A stretch of DNA of 64,000 nucleotides, taken from contig NC_058383.1 of the NCBI RefSeq assembly GCF_018350175.1, positions 13,642,001 through 13,706,000 of the forward strand, read 5' to 3'. Both the position numbers and the translations under genes were made by a program. This DNA is from Felis catus (lineage: Eukaryota). Positions 1 to 12,444 of the stretch are shown here, in pieces. Under the pieces are notes generated by a model. It was given only the letters and a program-made list of their open reading frames with translations. It did no database searches and was not told the DNA's origin. How positions within the stretch are numbered: position 1 is the stretch's first letter; each line of letters starts with the position of its first letter.

Positions 1-1494
1 TGAAGATAAATGATTGTAATGAAATTTCAGGAGTTTAGGAAGAAATGCTCCGTGAGACACATCAAGCATTCCTCCCCAAGACCTCTGGAGGACAAAGCTG
101 TCAGGACTCAGGGGCTTACTTCAACCCTGTATCACCACCACCTCCGGGGCATCCCTAAAGTCACCGGGCTGTCTCATCAGATGAGCCCCCATCACAGTCT
201 GAAAGGGAGGAGAAACCCAAGCTAAGCACAATTACATAAGAGGTCAAGGAAGGGAGAAGATTTAAGAGTGGGGGGCAGGAGAGAGACAGAGAAAGAGAGA
301 ATGTGCACGAGAATCACGCTGATGTTCTCCAACCCATAAAAAGCAGTTTTGTGTATTCAAACAGCCCCTCCACAGTTACTGGCCAGTTTGGACATTTGCT
401 GTTTTACTAAGTCACCTTCTCTTTGCATCAGGGGGCTGGGGTCCAGGCCCCTGATCCCACAGTGATTACATAGAGTGTTATTCTGGACAAAGAATCAGAA
501 CATTTCTGGGGGGGGCAGTGGGGGAGCCTCTGCAGATGGCGTAAAGATGACACTTTCTTGGTTCTGACGAATATGTTTTCAGAGGTGCACATTGTAAACC
601 GGCCTGGTGATTTTTGTTACTCACATCCCAAAGTCTATGTGGATCCCGAATGAAGTTTTATGCTTTAAAATGGGTTGTTTCGACAAGAGCAAGGGGTATC
701 CTTTAGACTGCCTCCCATTTCTGTTTTTTTTCCCTCGAGTAGCCCTGAAGCGACAGAAAGGAGGAAGGTAGACAGACAGACGGACAGGTAGATGGAGAAG
801 TATATTTGCCTCTGGTTCTTAAGTGTAGAATTATGCTTTCATCTATTCAAGGAAGGATAATTATGCAGAACTCTCAGTTAGGGGCATGTCACATGTGGTC
901 TATTTTTCTGTGGGTCTTTTAATGAGTATTTTTATATATGAAGTTCTGCATGGCCTCTCCTTGGTGTGTGAGAGGGACAGTGACACAGGGCTGGGGATCA
1001 AGCTTACAAGGGGTCAGGGTGGATCGGTACACCATCCCTCTGGGGGCCCTGACTTGGAGATCTTTGCAGCCAGCCTTCCCCATCTAGGGCATCTTATGAG
1101 TGTGTTTCCCCGTGTGCTCTGATTTGTTTAGAAGAAGCAGAGCACCCCCCCATCCCCGCCCGTTAGAGCCTCCTGCCTGTGCTCACGTGAACAGCAGAGG
1201 GCTGTTTAATTAAGATGAACTTATACAGAGCCTATCTGCGGAGGTGATGCGCACAGATTGAGGGCCTCATTACTCTCCCAATCACCCCTCTGGTTCCCTT
1301 CTCCGGAATAACCCAAAGTAAAAAGAAAAGAATATAAACTCTGATGCCCACACTTCTGTTAGCGCCCAGCTTCCTTTTCCCCCAGGTGGCGGTGGCTTTC
1401 GAAACTGGATGAAGAACATGGCTTGCTTAGCATGGAGTGGAGGAAGCAAGTTTGTTCTAAGCCTGGCCTGCTCTCTCCAGTTTGTCACTGTGTC

Positions 1495-1590
1495 CGTCCC
1501 TTTCCCTGGACCCAGTTTCCTCACCTGTAAAATGAAGAGCCAAGGCTACGTGATTTTAGGGTCCCTCTCAGCTCTAAAATATCACTTCAT
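1495..1590 (+). mobile_element. MIR3/MIR-family SINE fragment
   Basis: Core cagtttcctcacctgtaaaatgaag followed by MIR3-like end agggtccctctcagctctaaaat. Confidence 0.7.
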
Positions 1591-1607
1591 AGTTCTAAGA
1601 TTTATGT

Positions 1608-1832
1608 TTTTTTTTTTAATTTTTTTTTCAACGTTTATTTATTTTTGGGACAGAGAGAGACAGAGCATGAACGGGGGAGGGGCAGAGAGAGAGGGAGACA
1701 CAGAATCAGAAACAGGCTCCAGGCTTCGAGCCATCAGCCCAGAGCCTGACGCGGGGCTCGAACTCACGGACTCGCGAGATCGTGACCTGGCTGAAGTCGG
1801 ACGCCCAACCGACTGCGCCACCCAGGTGCCCC
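1608..1832 (-). mobile_element. Young Felis-type Can-SINE (SINEC_Fc-like), full length
   Basis: Poly-T, (GA)-rich body, aaacaggctcc...gagccatcagcccagagcc, tRNA-like head ending gccacccaggtgcccc; CpGs retained; perfect TSD agttctaagatttatgt at 1591-1607 and 1834-1850. Confidence 0.96.
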
Positions 1833-2649
1833 AAGTTCTAAGATTTATGTAGGAGAACAGCATTGCACTCCCTGCCTTGCTTTAGCCTTTTGAATGAAAG
1901 TGAGATGTCTCATCAGTGGAGGCACAGCCAGCTCAAGCCCCAGGTCTCAGATAAAAGGAGAAAAAAAGAAATACTTATTACAGATAGCTAAGTTCCCCTG
2001 ATAAGCAGCAAGTGAGAAATCCCTGATTTAATTTAAACATGATATTTCTGTCTTGATTAATTTAAAGCATGTATCTGATAATGTATCCTTTTTTTATTTA
2101 GTGGTCTGTCCTGAAGGGAAAGAAAGGCTTGGTTGTGGAGCAGAGGGGCAAAGGTTTGGGTATTTTTTAATAAAGATGAATATCCCCCAAAATGCTTGAA
2201 TTATATGGAAGTAAGATTTGTTGCAAGTTGCAAATCAAAGCCTGAAATGTCACTTATCTCCTAATGATACTTCTACACAGATTATTAATTTCATTTTAGA
2301 AGCCCAATGAATGTTATATTTTATGACATTGATTAAACATCTTGCTGCCATCTACCCATCCATCCTTTTCATTTTCAAAAATCCATATCGGAATTTAACA
2401 AAAACAGCCCATAAATTCGTATTTTACAGCCTAGCAAAGTTGACTCATCCCCCACTCTGCCTGCAACCAGACCCATCCGGACGGAACTCTGGGCCTGGGC
2501 CATTTTCCCTCTTCAGAGTCCAAAGGCAGCCTTTTCTCAACCGACCTCATGTGTTGTTACCAGAGGAGGCCTGGGGATTTATTTGGAAGAGCATTTGTGG
2601 CTTCTGGAGCTGCAGAGCCACAAGGGGGCCTGTGGGGTGGCCAGGTTGG

Positions 2650-2830
2650 CCCCTGACTGGGAATCAGGGACTCCGCTCTCTTTCTGGTTCTCAGACAAGC
2701 CAGTTACCTCCCTTGTCTGCGTCCTGGGGATAATTACAGCCTCCCCTAGTTGGCTCACGGTGTCATTGTGGGGATGAATGAGATAATAGATGTGGAAACC
2801 CTTCCAGCCCTTCAGAGGGAAGCAGTGCAA
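2650..2830 (+). mobile_element. MIR fragment
   Basis: ggggataattac...ttgtggggatgaatgagataat matches the MIR 3' half. Confidence 0.55.
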
Positions 2831-3569
2831 TAGGGGCTTTAAGAGCCAATAAAGAACAGAATGGGATGATAGGTTTTGGATCAACCTCAGGCATTTTAGG
2901 AAAGGTTTAGGAGGACTCTTCTGAAAGCGGGGAGAAAAGGCTTTTGAAAATAGGTCCAGCGTGTTATTATTTATTGTGCTTTCATCAATAGAAGTGCCCG
3001 GTGCTTCCTCCAGACTCACACCTGTGTTTCCTCGAAACTGCCGTGGGCTTCTCCTCGGCCGGAAGTGGCTCTGGTCAAGACCCCCTTTGTTCCCGCAGCT
3101 TCCTCCTCACAGCGGCACTTACAGCCGCTATCGTTTCTGTCCAGAGATGGTGCCGGCACTTAGATCTCCACGTCAGGGCACAGCCGCACCCACCTCAGGG
3201 ACGTATTCCGAGGAACCTGAGTCAACTCTGCCTGAAAGATTGCAGGCCAGCCCCCAGGGGCTGCCACACATCGAGGAAACAGCCCGTTGAGGCCAGGGTG
3301 GGGGGCGCTGAGCGAGGATAAATTGTTTTGTAAGAATTGATAACATCAAGAAAAGAACCTCTTAAATCAGGAGCCAGCCTCTGTGCAGTGAACCTTACCA
3401 GAGATGTGCAGGAGGCCTGGGTGGGGGTTGGCAGGCGGGGGTGACGAGGTTGGTGCCCCCGGAGGCCAGAGGGAGGTCAACATGAGAAGGAGCAGGTGCC
3501 GCCGCCGTCTGCCCAGGAAGCCCCGTGTTTCCGGCACAACAGGGGAGTAGCGGTGCTGGGACTCACATC

Positions 3570-3750
3570 CTGGCTCTCTCTGGGTCCTCAGGGAACTTAC
3601 CAAACTTGGCTCGGCTTTGGTTTTCTCCTCGATACTAGCCCGTCACGTAGGGACTTGTGAAGGTTGAGTGAACTAATAGGAACGGATGGGACGTTCTTAT
3701 CAGCACAGCACCAGGCCCACAGTCAGTACCTAATAAATGTGACCTATTGT
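3570..3750 (+). mobile_element. MIR fragment
   Basis: ttgtgaaggttgagtga...agcacagcaccaggcccacagtcagtacctaataaatgt resembles the MIR 3' end. Confidence 0.5.
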
Positions 3751-4249
3751 CGAGTGTTGGGATGGTAAGTATCTGCATCAAGGATTTTTCTTCTCGGTGG
3801 TGGTGGTGGTGGTGGGTGTTTTGGCTTTGTGTTTGTTTCGTTGTTTCGATATTTCCCCTTTCAAAAAAAATGTAGAGTGGCCTCACTTAAAAACTGCAGC
3901 AGACAGTACCTGGTCTGGGCTCTGCAGGGCCTTTCATTGTGGGCCTGGTGACAGGCTGGTTTTAAGTGACAGAGCATCATTCAGCGAGGCTGGCTGTCGG
4001 TGACAGCCCCTCTCTGTCCGGGGAATGGAGGCGTGGGTATGAACGTTAGGGAGGGAAGACAGTAGCTGGTTCGCAAAGACTCCAGCCCGCTGTGCAATGT
4101 TCTCGAGTGCCATGTTGTGCCCCCTTTTGGGGGGCTCGTGTGTCTCCCATCCCCCTCCTTCCCTCCTCGCTCCTCGCCAGGCCCCCCTCCCGCCCCCCGC
4201 GGCCCTCCACGGTCTGCGCCAGCACTGGGGATGTTGCATAAAGGGAAAA

Positions 4250-4860
4250 TATGGCATGTTTACAGAGAGAATCTTCAAGAAGTGTTAATTTAATATGCTA
4301 AAGTGTTCCCTTCAGCATTTTACCTTTCTTGTTGTTTTCACAAAACAGCCAAGACTAAATAATGAGCCCAGGGCTGTGCCCTTTGGTAGTGTGATAGCTC
4401 ATTACCCACTAGCGGCCTCCATCTGCCCTCATGGCTGCATAGGGAGCCATTACGATTATGATGGAAATCTCAGAAGCCATTACCAAGATGCAACAGAGGG
4501 CCTACTGCAGACAGCCTAATGGACTAATTTGTAATTGGGAGAGGGAAATGAGTTAGCGAGCTGGGGCCGGTTTTGATGAGAGTGGAAGTGCGCATGCTAA
4601 ATGTGATAAATGAATTGGAATGTGTGTTTGCGCAGTGGGCTCTACAAGGCTTTCCATCTCTCCTGGGGATTGGAGGCGTGCTGACAAGCCGCGAGGAGCG
4701 AAGAGGAAAAGGCTCAGGGGAGGCAAGCCAGATTCAAGGAGAGTAGCTAAGGATAAATCGGTGAGGAAAACTAATGGCAGTAAAATCCAAGGAAATGACT
4801 GCATCTGCCATGAAAGTAGTAATTAGGAAGCATTTGGTGTGCATGTCTTTAACCGTTAAA
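4250..4860. promoter_or_regulatory. Candidate conserved enhancer (TAAT-dense, repeat-free)
   Basis: About ten TAAT/ATTA cores, three within 4517-4535; no repeat similarity. Function inferred only. Confidence 0.45.
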
Positions 4861-5969
4861 ATAGGGCCGTGGAGGAGCCTTGGTGCTCGTTGCGGGGAAC
4901 GGAAGGCCGGGGCGGTGATGTTCCGAGAGCGAAGCCCCGCGTACGGGGACCGTGCCCTGGGCCCTCGTGGTCTGCACGCACTCTGCTTGCTTGACACAGA
5001 GCTCGCACCCCAAGCGCCCAAGAGCCCCCTCTCCCCAGGGCTGCTGCGGGTCCAGCAAGGGGAAGGCCCTGCAGGCCTGGAGGCAGCCGTTGTGCGAGGG
5101 AAGGGGCCCAGGCTACGAGTGCCAGACCGCCAGTGCACGGGGCCAGAAGGCTTCTTGTCCTAAAGGGCCGGGGAGTCCCTTCACGAGCGCCACGCCCTGC
5201 TCTCCATCTCCAAGCCGAGGAGCGCTGCGTGCAAGCTTAGCTCCTGGCGCGTGTGGGTCTGATTTCTGTAAACTGGCATTTCCTCTGTCAGCTGGCTCCC
5301 GTAGTGCCAGCGGCCCAGTCGAGAGAGCGTGGCCGGGTGTTCCTTCTCACATGCTGTGGCCTGTGGCCCGGTAGCTCCCCCCCGCACCCCCCCCCCCCCG
5401 ACCCCCATCAGTTGGAGACTGTTTCTGGTGTTTTCTCTGCTGGTGTTCCCCTGATCTCCGAGCCCTTGGTGTCCTTTCCCTAGGTCACACCTTTGCGTCC
5501 CAAAAGCTGCAGCTCCAGGCCTCGGTGCGTCCCTTTCCCTCAGCAACCTGCCGTCCTCAGAGCTTTCCCCGGATCTCCCTTCTCCTCTTGGGGCAGCCTG
5601 ATTTGGACCTCAGGGTCCTCCTCGCTCTGGATTCTTCCTGCTCCCAGACGTTGTCATCCGTTTGCCAAGAGGACCTTTCCGCCTCTCTAAAGAGCCTGAG
5701 GGGAGACATATAGTCCTGCAGGGACCAACGAAGCGCTGGAACTAGTTAACTGGGCCCCCGCCCAGAGCTCCTTCCCAAGGCGGGAGACCTAACTAGCTGA
5801 CTCCTACCCTCAGTCCCACCTCTGTCCCAGGGGTTCCCTTTTGCCATAACATGCCCAGGTACGTAGAAAGAGTTCCCGTTTTCCTCACCAACCACCAGAA
5901 GTTAAGATTTCTAATTAACTCCCTGGTGGGATGAGGACAGTCCTGTTCAGCCAAATTCCACTGACAGCT

Positions 5970-6260
5970 GATTTGATTGATTACATGATTGATCTATCCC
6001 ACCTTCTTTGAAGATTAATTTGAAGAAATCGATGGAAAACAGATACATTGCGATCCACAACAACTCAATCTGGGAGAAACCAGTTAAGCAACACGAGGCT
6101 AAGAAACGCTACCAAATATCCCAAGTTAAAGAAAGTTATTGAGAACACACAGATGCAGGTCTGATCTTCCTAGCAGTCATGGGAAAGGGGCAACTGGATG
6201 AATGCCTTTGATTACTAGTGGCAGCACATTATTTCATCGGGAGAAACAGACTTCTTCCCG
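5970..6260. mobile_element. Probable Mam_R4 (Dong-R4 LINE) relic
   Basis: tatcccaccttctttgaagattaatttga and cttcctagcagtcatgggaaaggg resemble recalled Mam_R4 segments; parallels 34610-34880. Confidence 0.35.
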
Positions 6261-6796
6261 TCCAGCATCCACTGTTGAGTAGACCATCGTTTATGCCGTC
6301 AGTGCCACTTAAACCCAGAACCCCATTAGACAGTCCCATCGGTGTTAGATACAAGATTGAGATTCTCCGTACAGAGAACTGTTGCTTAGATATCCCTTCA
6401 TTAAAGGCCGCCAGTTTGTCAGACCCAGACTAAGCCCTAGAGACTATAGAATTCAGGTTCCTGCTGTGCCCAACCTCCCATTTGTGGGAGCAGATCTGTA
6501 CTTGGGTAACTAGTTCAGTTGCAGAGACAGTAACCAAGGGTTTAGAAATCACACAAGAAGTCATCAACCCCTTTGACACATACTCGTTGAGTACGTGATG
6601 TGGGGCAGGCCCTGAATTCCTCGTTGGAGACGCAGCATTAAATAAGTGGGCGTGGCCTCATAAAGCTTATGTCTAATTCCAACCCCAGGGAAAGGAGGAT
6701 TCTGGGTAGTGGTGGTGGTAGGGGAGTATTTGAGCTGATTTTGAAGCTGGGAGTTCATTAGAAACCAATAGCCATGAGATGCCAAGGAAGACCACA

Positions 6797-7410
6797 AATT
6801 TTTGGAAACTAAACAACCTATTTCTAAATATAGGTCAAAGAGGAAGTCACAAGGAAAATTAGAAAGTATTTTGAACTAAATGATAATAAAAATACTGCAT
6901 CTTAAAATCCGTGCATCACTTCTAAAGCAGTACCCAGAGAGGAATTAATAGTTGTAAATGCTTATATCACATAGTAGAAAGGCCTAAAGTCAATGATCTA
7001 GATTCATCATGAGAAGCTAGAGAAAGAAGACACACATCAAAGCATCCAAAATAAAAAGAAGGAAGGAAATTAAAAAGAAAATAGCAGAAATTATTGAAAT
7101 AGAAAATAGGCAAGAGAGAAAAATTAAAACAAAAATGGGTTCTTTGAAGGGGCACCTGGCTGGCTCAGTCAGTAGAGCACGTGACTTGAGCTCAAGGGTG
7201 TGAGTTCGAACCCCATGTTGGGTATAGAGATTACTTAAAAATAAAATCTTTTTAAAAAATTCCTTCTTTGAAAAGATCAACAAAATTGAGAAACCCTCAG
7301 CTACCATGAACATGGAGGGGGTCGGGGGGGAAGCACACAAATACCAATAGATCAAGAATGAAAAAAGATGTTATCAGCACAGATCTTACAGACCTTAAAA
7401 AGGTAGTCAG
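6797..7410 (+). mobile_element. Ancient L1M ORF2 fragment interrupted by a Can-SINE
   Basis: A-rich ORF2-like sequence (gaaaattagaaagtattttgaactaaatga; ttctttgaaaagatcaacaaaattga); frame broken. Confidence 0.85.
7149..7254 (+). mobile_element. Short old Can-SINE nested in L1
   Basis: ggggcacctggctggctcagtcagtagagc head, gagttcgaacccc B-box, A-rich tail; degenerate TSD aaaaat(ggg/tcc)ttctttgaa. Confidence 0.9.
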
Positions 7411-7827
7411 GACAGGAGTTCAACAAGCAAAAGGGAAGAACATGAACTTTAGACCAATAGGATTCCTAGCTACATGTGGGTTTGGGGGGTGTCGGGAGAG
7501 GCACTCAAGAATAGTAAACAAAAAGGGCCTAATAGATTACTTGCAGCCAGCTACTAACCACAATTGGTTATACTGTCTACAGTGACGCAGGGCCCAAGTT
7601 CACAGCCCAGCGTACCATGCTTTATACCGGCACAGTCCCCAATGTATGACCTGTAGATGCCAGAACTAAGGGCAGGTCACCACAGGAGCCATAATGCCCT
7701 ACTTTCAGGGCACCTGCATTTGCTGGACCTCAGCCAGTAAAGTAACAGTAACTGGTCTCTGTCTGCAGCACCCAGAATATGACCGTTACTTCTCCCGTCC
7801 CAGCCTTCGGGCCCATGCTCAGTGCAG

Positions 7828-7856
7828 CTGATTTCAGAACTGATTTCAGAACTGAT
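7828..7856 (+). repeat. 12-bp tandem duplication, ~2.4 copies of ctgatttcagaa
   Basis: ctgatttcagaa ctgatttcagaa ctgat read directly. Confidence 0.85.
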
Positions 7857-8239
7857 CATGAGACCGTCCTTGCCATATGTCATATACTTCTGAAGAGCTG
7901 TTTTTCCAGATGAGCCTGAATGTTGACCCCGGAAGATGCTGTTCAGAGCCTGGCTGCTCACTGCAGATTCCGAGTCAAGGAGCCCACCATGGCCTGTTCT
8001 TAAGGCAACCTCTCAGAGACTAAGGGTGGTGGTATGGACCTTCGTCCACTAGCCACAGCCCTGGCACCTGTCAGCCCTGAGAATGTAGACAAGGTCCAAC
8101 ATCTGACTGTCCCCCCACTGCTCAGCCTTTTACTGAGCGGGAGGTCCTGGCTGGTTTTGTTGCTCTCGGCGGACGGTGCTTCCTTGCTGTCTCTTCCTCC
8201 TCTGTCCCTGTACCCATCTGAGAATCAGTATTTCACAGT

Positions 8240-8430
8240 CACCAAGTGCATGGAGCCAGACTCCGTGATCCTGGGCATGTTAACCCTTTCTCCGCACCCC
8301 TCAGCTTGCCACCTATCAAATGAGCAACCCGAGCGTGCCTGTCCCATAGGGTTGGGTTGAGAGTTCAAATATACTTAAAAAGTGCTTGAAAGGGCATCAG
8401 AATGAGTCCTGACACCCAGTGAGCCCTGGA
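8240..8430 (+). mobile_element. MIR
   Basis: tggagccagac...gtgatcctgggcatgttaac...cctcagcttgccacctatcaaatg...catagggttg. Confidence 0.7.
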
Positions 8431-9966
8431 AGTACTTCCAAACCACAGGCTTGGTTGCGAGACCCTTTTGGCCTCCTGCAACCCTCGTATTCCTCAGGCT
8501 GATTCCCCTGCCCCTCCCAGTGTAGACACGGGCACCCTGGGTCAAACGGCAGCAGTCAGGCTCAGGAGTCCCTGCCCGGCTAAGGCTGTTGTGTGCTGGC
8601 CCTCAGTTGACACACGGGGTCCTCCAAGCTTCTGAGACCTTCTACTTAAAGAATTGGAAGCTTTCATCTTCCCTAAAATGGTCTTTGAGCTGATCCCGCC
8701 ACCTTGCTCAGCTGGGACCGGTTGCTCACGTTATGACATCGGTGCCGGCAAGAGAGGGCAGAAAAACTGAGCCAAGGATGGGGCAGAGGAGGGCGGAACA
8801 GAGGCCCTCATGTGGGGAATTTAATTTAGTCAGGTGAGAGTAACAGCAGGCACTTGTGTTTTACATCACTTTTTCAGAACATCCTTACAGGTGCTTTGTG
8901 CTTTCAGCCGGACTCCCCACTGGGGGCCACTTGAGGAGAGTCACTGTGAACTACTCTCTGAGCAAACCTTAGGACTCCCTCTCAGCAGGAGGACAGGCCT
9001 TGGCTTGTAGCAAGACCAACGCAGAGCACTCTGGAACCCACTTAACATGGCATGTGAAACTCTGCAAGGGAAGAGGAATGTCCTGGAAGTTTAGCCCTCT
9101 GTGGGGCGTTTCTGAGACATGTTGTTCTCTCATGCCGGATTTAATGAATAAATTATAATAACTTTTGCATTTTTATCCATGTTGTGCGTGTTTATCTGCC
9201 CTCCCCGCGTAATTTTCCCTCTCCCAGTTTTACACGCTATATTTCTTCCCGTGCTACTGAATACATATTTTCTCAAAGCTCGTTCTTCCTGATTGCTCAT
9301 AAAGATGCACAGCTCCTTGTTCTCCGTGTATAAGTACATCTACTCAGAGCCAGGAACCGTGTATGGAAGACGGCACGCTGCTACTACCAAGGGGAGGTTA
9401 CCCTTTTAGGAGCTGAGGAAAGGTGAAAATGACACATGACCGTTGGTGGCACACAAAGGAGTAGATGTGATGTCTTCCTGCACATCTGTCTCTAGCGCAA
9501 GAATAGAGCCTTGCATAGGGCAGCACTTAAGCGCGTTTACGGAACATGTGTATCAGCGAGTGGATGGGCCACTGGCTGGATGGCCAGGTAGATGGGTAGA
9601 TAGATGATGCTGAAGCATCGAAGTCAAATCTCTTTTGGCTCGTTGTGTGAGAGAGCCGTCTTCTCAATGAACTCCTCTGGATTCCATTCCAGTGTTTTCC
9701 CTCAGGTTTATTCTGCCCAGTTCCCAGGATTTCTTTATGTTCTTAGTGGGAAAAGGTTACTTCTATAATTTGGTAAGGAGCGTACCTCCTTTTTCCCCCA
9801 CAGTGCCCAGTCAGCGTAAATATGATCGAGAGATCAGAGGTCTAATACACCATCTCCAGTTTTCTCCTATTTCTACTCGTTTATTAAATAACCTTCCTTG
9901 GAAGCTCTGCTAATTCTTTTGAAAGATGATACTTATTTCCTGTTGTATTGTAATTTACTAAGCACA

Positions 9967-10162
9967 GGGGCGTCTGGGTGACTCCGTCGGTTAAGTGTTC
10001 AACTCTTGATCTCGGCTCAGGTCACGATCTCACGGTTTTTGAGATCGAGCCCTGTGTCAGACTCTGTGCTGACATCGTGGAGCCTGCTTGGGATTCTCTC
10101 TTTCTCCCTCTCTCTGTCCCTCTCCCACTCATGCTCTCTCAAAATAAATATACTTTCAAAAT
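9967..10162 (+). mobile_element. Can-SINE
   Basis: ggggcgtctgggtgactccgtcggttaag head, ctcttgatctcggctcaggtcacgatctc, CT-rich region, aaaataaata tail. Confidence 0.93.
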
Positions 10163-11295
10163 AATAATACTACACTAGGCACTGTTATTACTAGGGTGTT
10201 TTTAGGGGCAGGGAACAATATTTAGAACTGAGATGCAGTCGTAGGCAATTAAAATAAAATCCACTGACGGGGGGGGGGGGCGGTGGGAAGGTAAGGTGAT
10301 AAGGCAGGAGGAGAAATAATTTCTGCCAAGAACATCAACCGTGAAAATAGTAAGGATTTACGTGCAGCAAGTTCTCAGGTTAAAATTTGAAATAAACAAG
10401 TAAAAAGAATGGTACGATTTGAAATCAGCTCGGTCTTTGAACGAGGCATTCAAGACTCAGAATAAAATGAGCCACTTCACGGCAGAACTGATCTTTGTAA
10501 CCAGCATCTCATTTCTACTAGGAGCACTTTGAGAATCAAAGGAAGTCCTTGCTAAGGAGCTTGGCCTCTTAAACCATGAGTGGTTTTCAAGAAACAAATA
10601 CCAAATTGGGAAATCTTGCTAATCTTCCCTTTCAGAGTCTAGGTTTGGATTTTTTTCCTAAAATTACTTTTATTTTATAAACAATCCCACTCTTCACAGA
10701 GCTTTCTATCTTTTTATCGTCCTTGAAAAGCACCGGGGCCCTCAGGTTGACTCCACCAAAACAGCTCCCTAAAGAGCTTCTTGTTTGGGACCCACAGTGA
10801 GGAGAACCCTAGAACGTAGCGCTGTAGATATGAGAGCGATAATCAGAGTGAGGAGCATAGTCATGACGCCCTGACTACCCTCTTCCCTCATTTCATCTTT
10901 CTAACTCTCTTCACAAGTCTCCCCACGTCCCCGCTGCCTGCCCTTGACCCCGTCAGCCCCCACCAGCTGCCATTTTCCCTCTCCCTGTAGCCTCCAACTC
11001 AAGTCCACTTACGAGGACAAGCTGGAGGGCTTTGTAGGCTCTGCCATGATTTATGGCTTAGCAGGAACTTTGCTAAACTTCCCAATTTGGTTTTTTTCGT
11101 TTTGAAAATCAAACAAAGTTCAAAAAGTACACATCGCAGGTTGACATCCTAGCCGAAAGCAGAGGAAAAATGTCTCATGTTAAATTTTTTGGCACATAAC
11201 AGAATTTATGAGCATTTGCAATGTTTTCATTTTTTCCCCCAGTCACTGTTATTCCTCACCCCCCAGAGTTAGGTGTGGAGAGATTATGTTGGCTG

Positions 11296-11309
11296 GTTTC
11301 CATGGTGAC
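11296..11309. promoter_or_regulatory. RFX X-box-like palindrome GTTTCCATGGTGAC
   Basis: Close to the RFX consensus GTTNCCATGGNAAC; lies in a repeat-free block. Confidence 0.4.
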
Positions 11310-12129
11310 ACTGAAGAAAAGTAATTTTTTAAAGTAGGTTTCTACTGTGTTATTTCACATGCATGAAATATCAACGTCTATGCTGTGTGGCTGTTACCCC
11401 GAAACGTAAAGACATATAAATGCTTGGAGTATTTTATATAAATAGACAAGTGGGGGTGATATTTTCCTTGGTCTCATGCCGACCCTAGTACAAAAGTCTC
11501 TCAGTTACCCGGGGCACCTGGGAGGGAGCAAAGGAACAGTTCTGCTTAGTGTTAAGCAACCTTCTCTCCTATGAATAACCATTAAAAAAACACACACACA
11601 TGCACAGCTCAAATTTAAAGTCCTCCCTGTCCAACTAAGCTAGGGACCAGATGAAAAGTTCCCTTTGGGGCTCAGTGTTCCAATAACCAGAATTTTAAAA
11701 CCTTAATCTGTGTTTTCAGTCTGACTCACTTGGTCAACCACTTCAATTACCCCCTTCCCTGTCATCTAGAACCTTCCTGCCCAAGAGACATTGCGTTGCC
11801 TCCAGCCCCTCACAGAGGTGATGTTGGCGGAAGCCTCCACCTTCAGCAGCAGAAGTGTGGAAAGGCTCTTGCCTCTTGTCCTTGCCACCTCGATGCACAT
11901 GCACACACGACTTCCTTGACGCGTTTTGGACAGGATGCTTTCAGCCATCTATGGCAAGTCACATCCTTGCAGTGGAAGAGAACGGATGAATCAGTGCGTC
12001 GTTTCCCTTACGTGCAGCTGTGGCTAGATACACTTGTGACGCTTTGCAACTGAGAACACTTGGTTTTTGGAAAAGTCAAAATGGAGAGCACTGCCTTATC
12101 TTTGGAGAATAGTATTAGCTTGCATGTGG

Positions 12130-12302
12130 AGAATGCATTTAACTTTTCCAAGTTCTTTCCTACACGTTATGTTGTTTGAACTTTCTCAGAATCCTGGGAA
12201 GATAGTTTTTCTTGGTACTGTCCTTGTTTGAAAACAGTGAGAACAGAAGTTTGGATTGCTCGCCACACTAGGGACAGAGCTGAGTCAAGAAATCAGGACC
12301 CA
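12130..12302 (-). mobile_element. MIR fragment (host of the next SINE)
   Basis: Reverse-MIR pattern tcctgggaagatag...cagagctgagtcaagaaatcagg. Confidence 0.45.
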
Positions 12303-12444
12303 GGGGTGCCTGCATGGCTCAGTGGGTTAAGCATCTGACTCTTGATCTCAGCTCAGGGTCTTGATTTCAGGGTCGTGAGTTCAAGCCCCAACTGTGGCCA
12401 GTTGGGCTCTGCGCTGGGTGTGAAGTCTACTTTAAAAAAAAAAA
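12303..12444 (+). mobile_element. Short Can-SINE lacking the CT region
   Basis: ggggtgcctgcatggctcagtgggttaagc head and poly-A; 16-bp TSD aagaa(a/t)tcaggaccca at 12287-12302 and 12445-12460. Confidence 0.93.

Noticed and set aside
1379..1392. CTCF-like CCCCCAGGTGGCGG
   Set aside because: Single imperfect match, expected by chance in 64 kb.
1409..1863. ORFs with GGAEREGDTESE / VAQSV...SPASGS peptides (also at 24851, 27278, 45274, 60949)
   Set aside because: Recurrent translations of Can-SINE bodies.
7149..7220. tRNA-like A/B boxes here and at other SINE heads
   Set aside because: Can-SINE heads are tRNA-derived; they lack a full cloverleaf and continue into SINE tails with TSDs.
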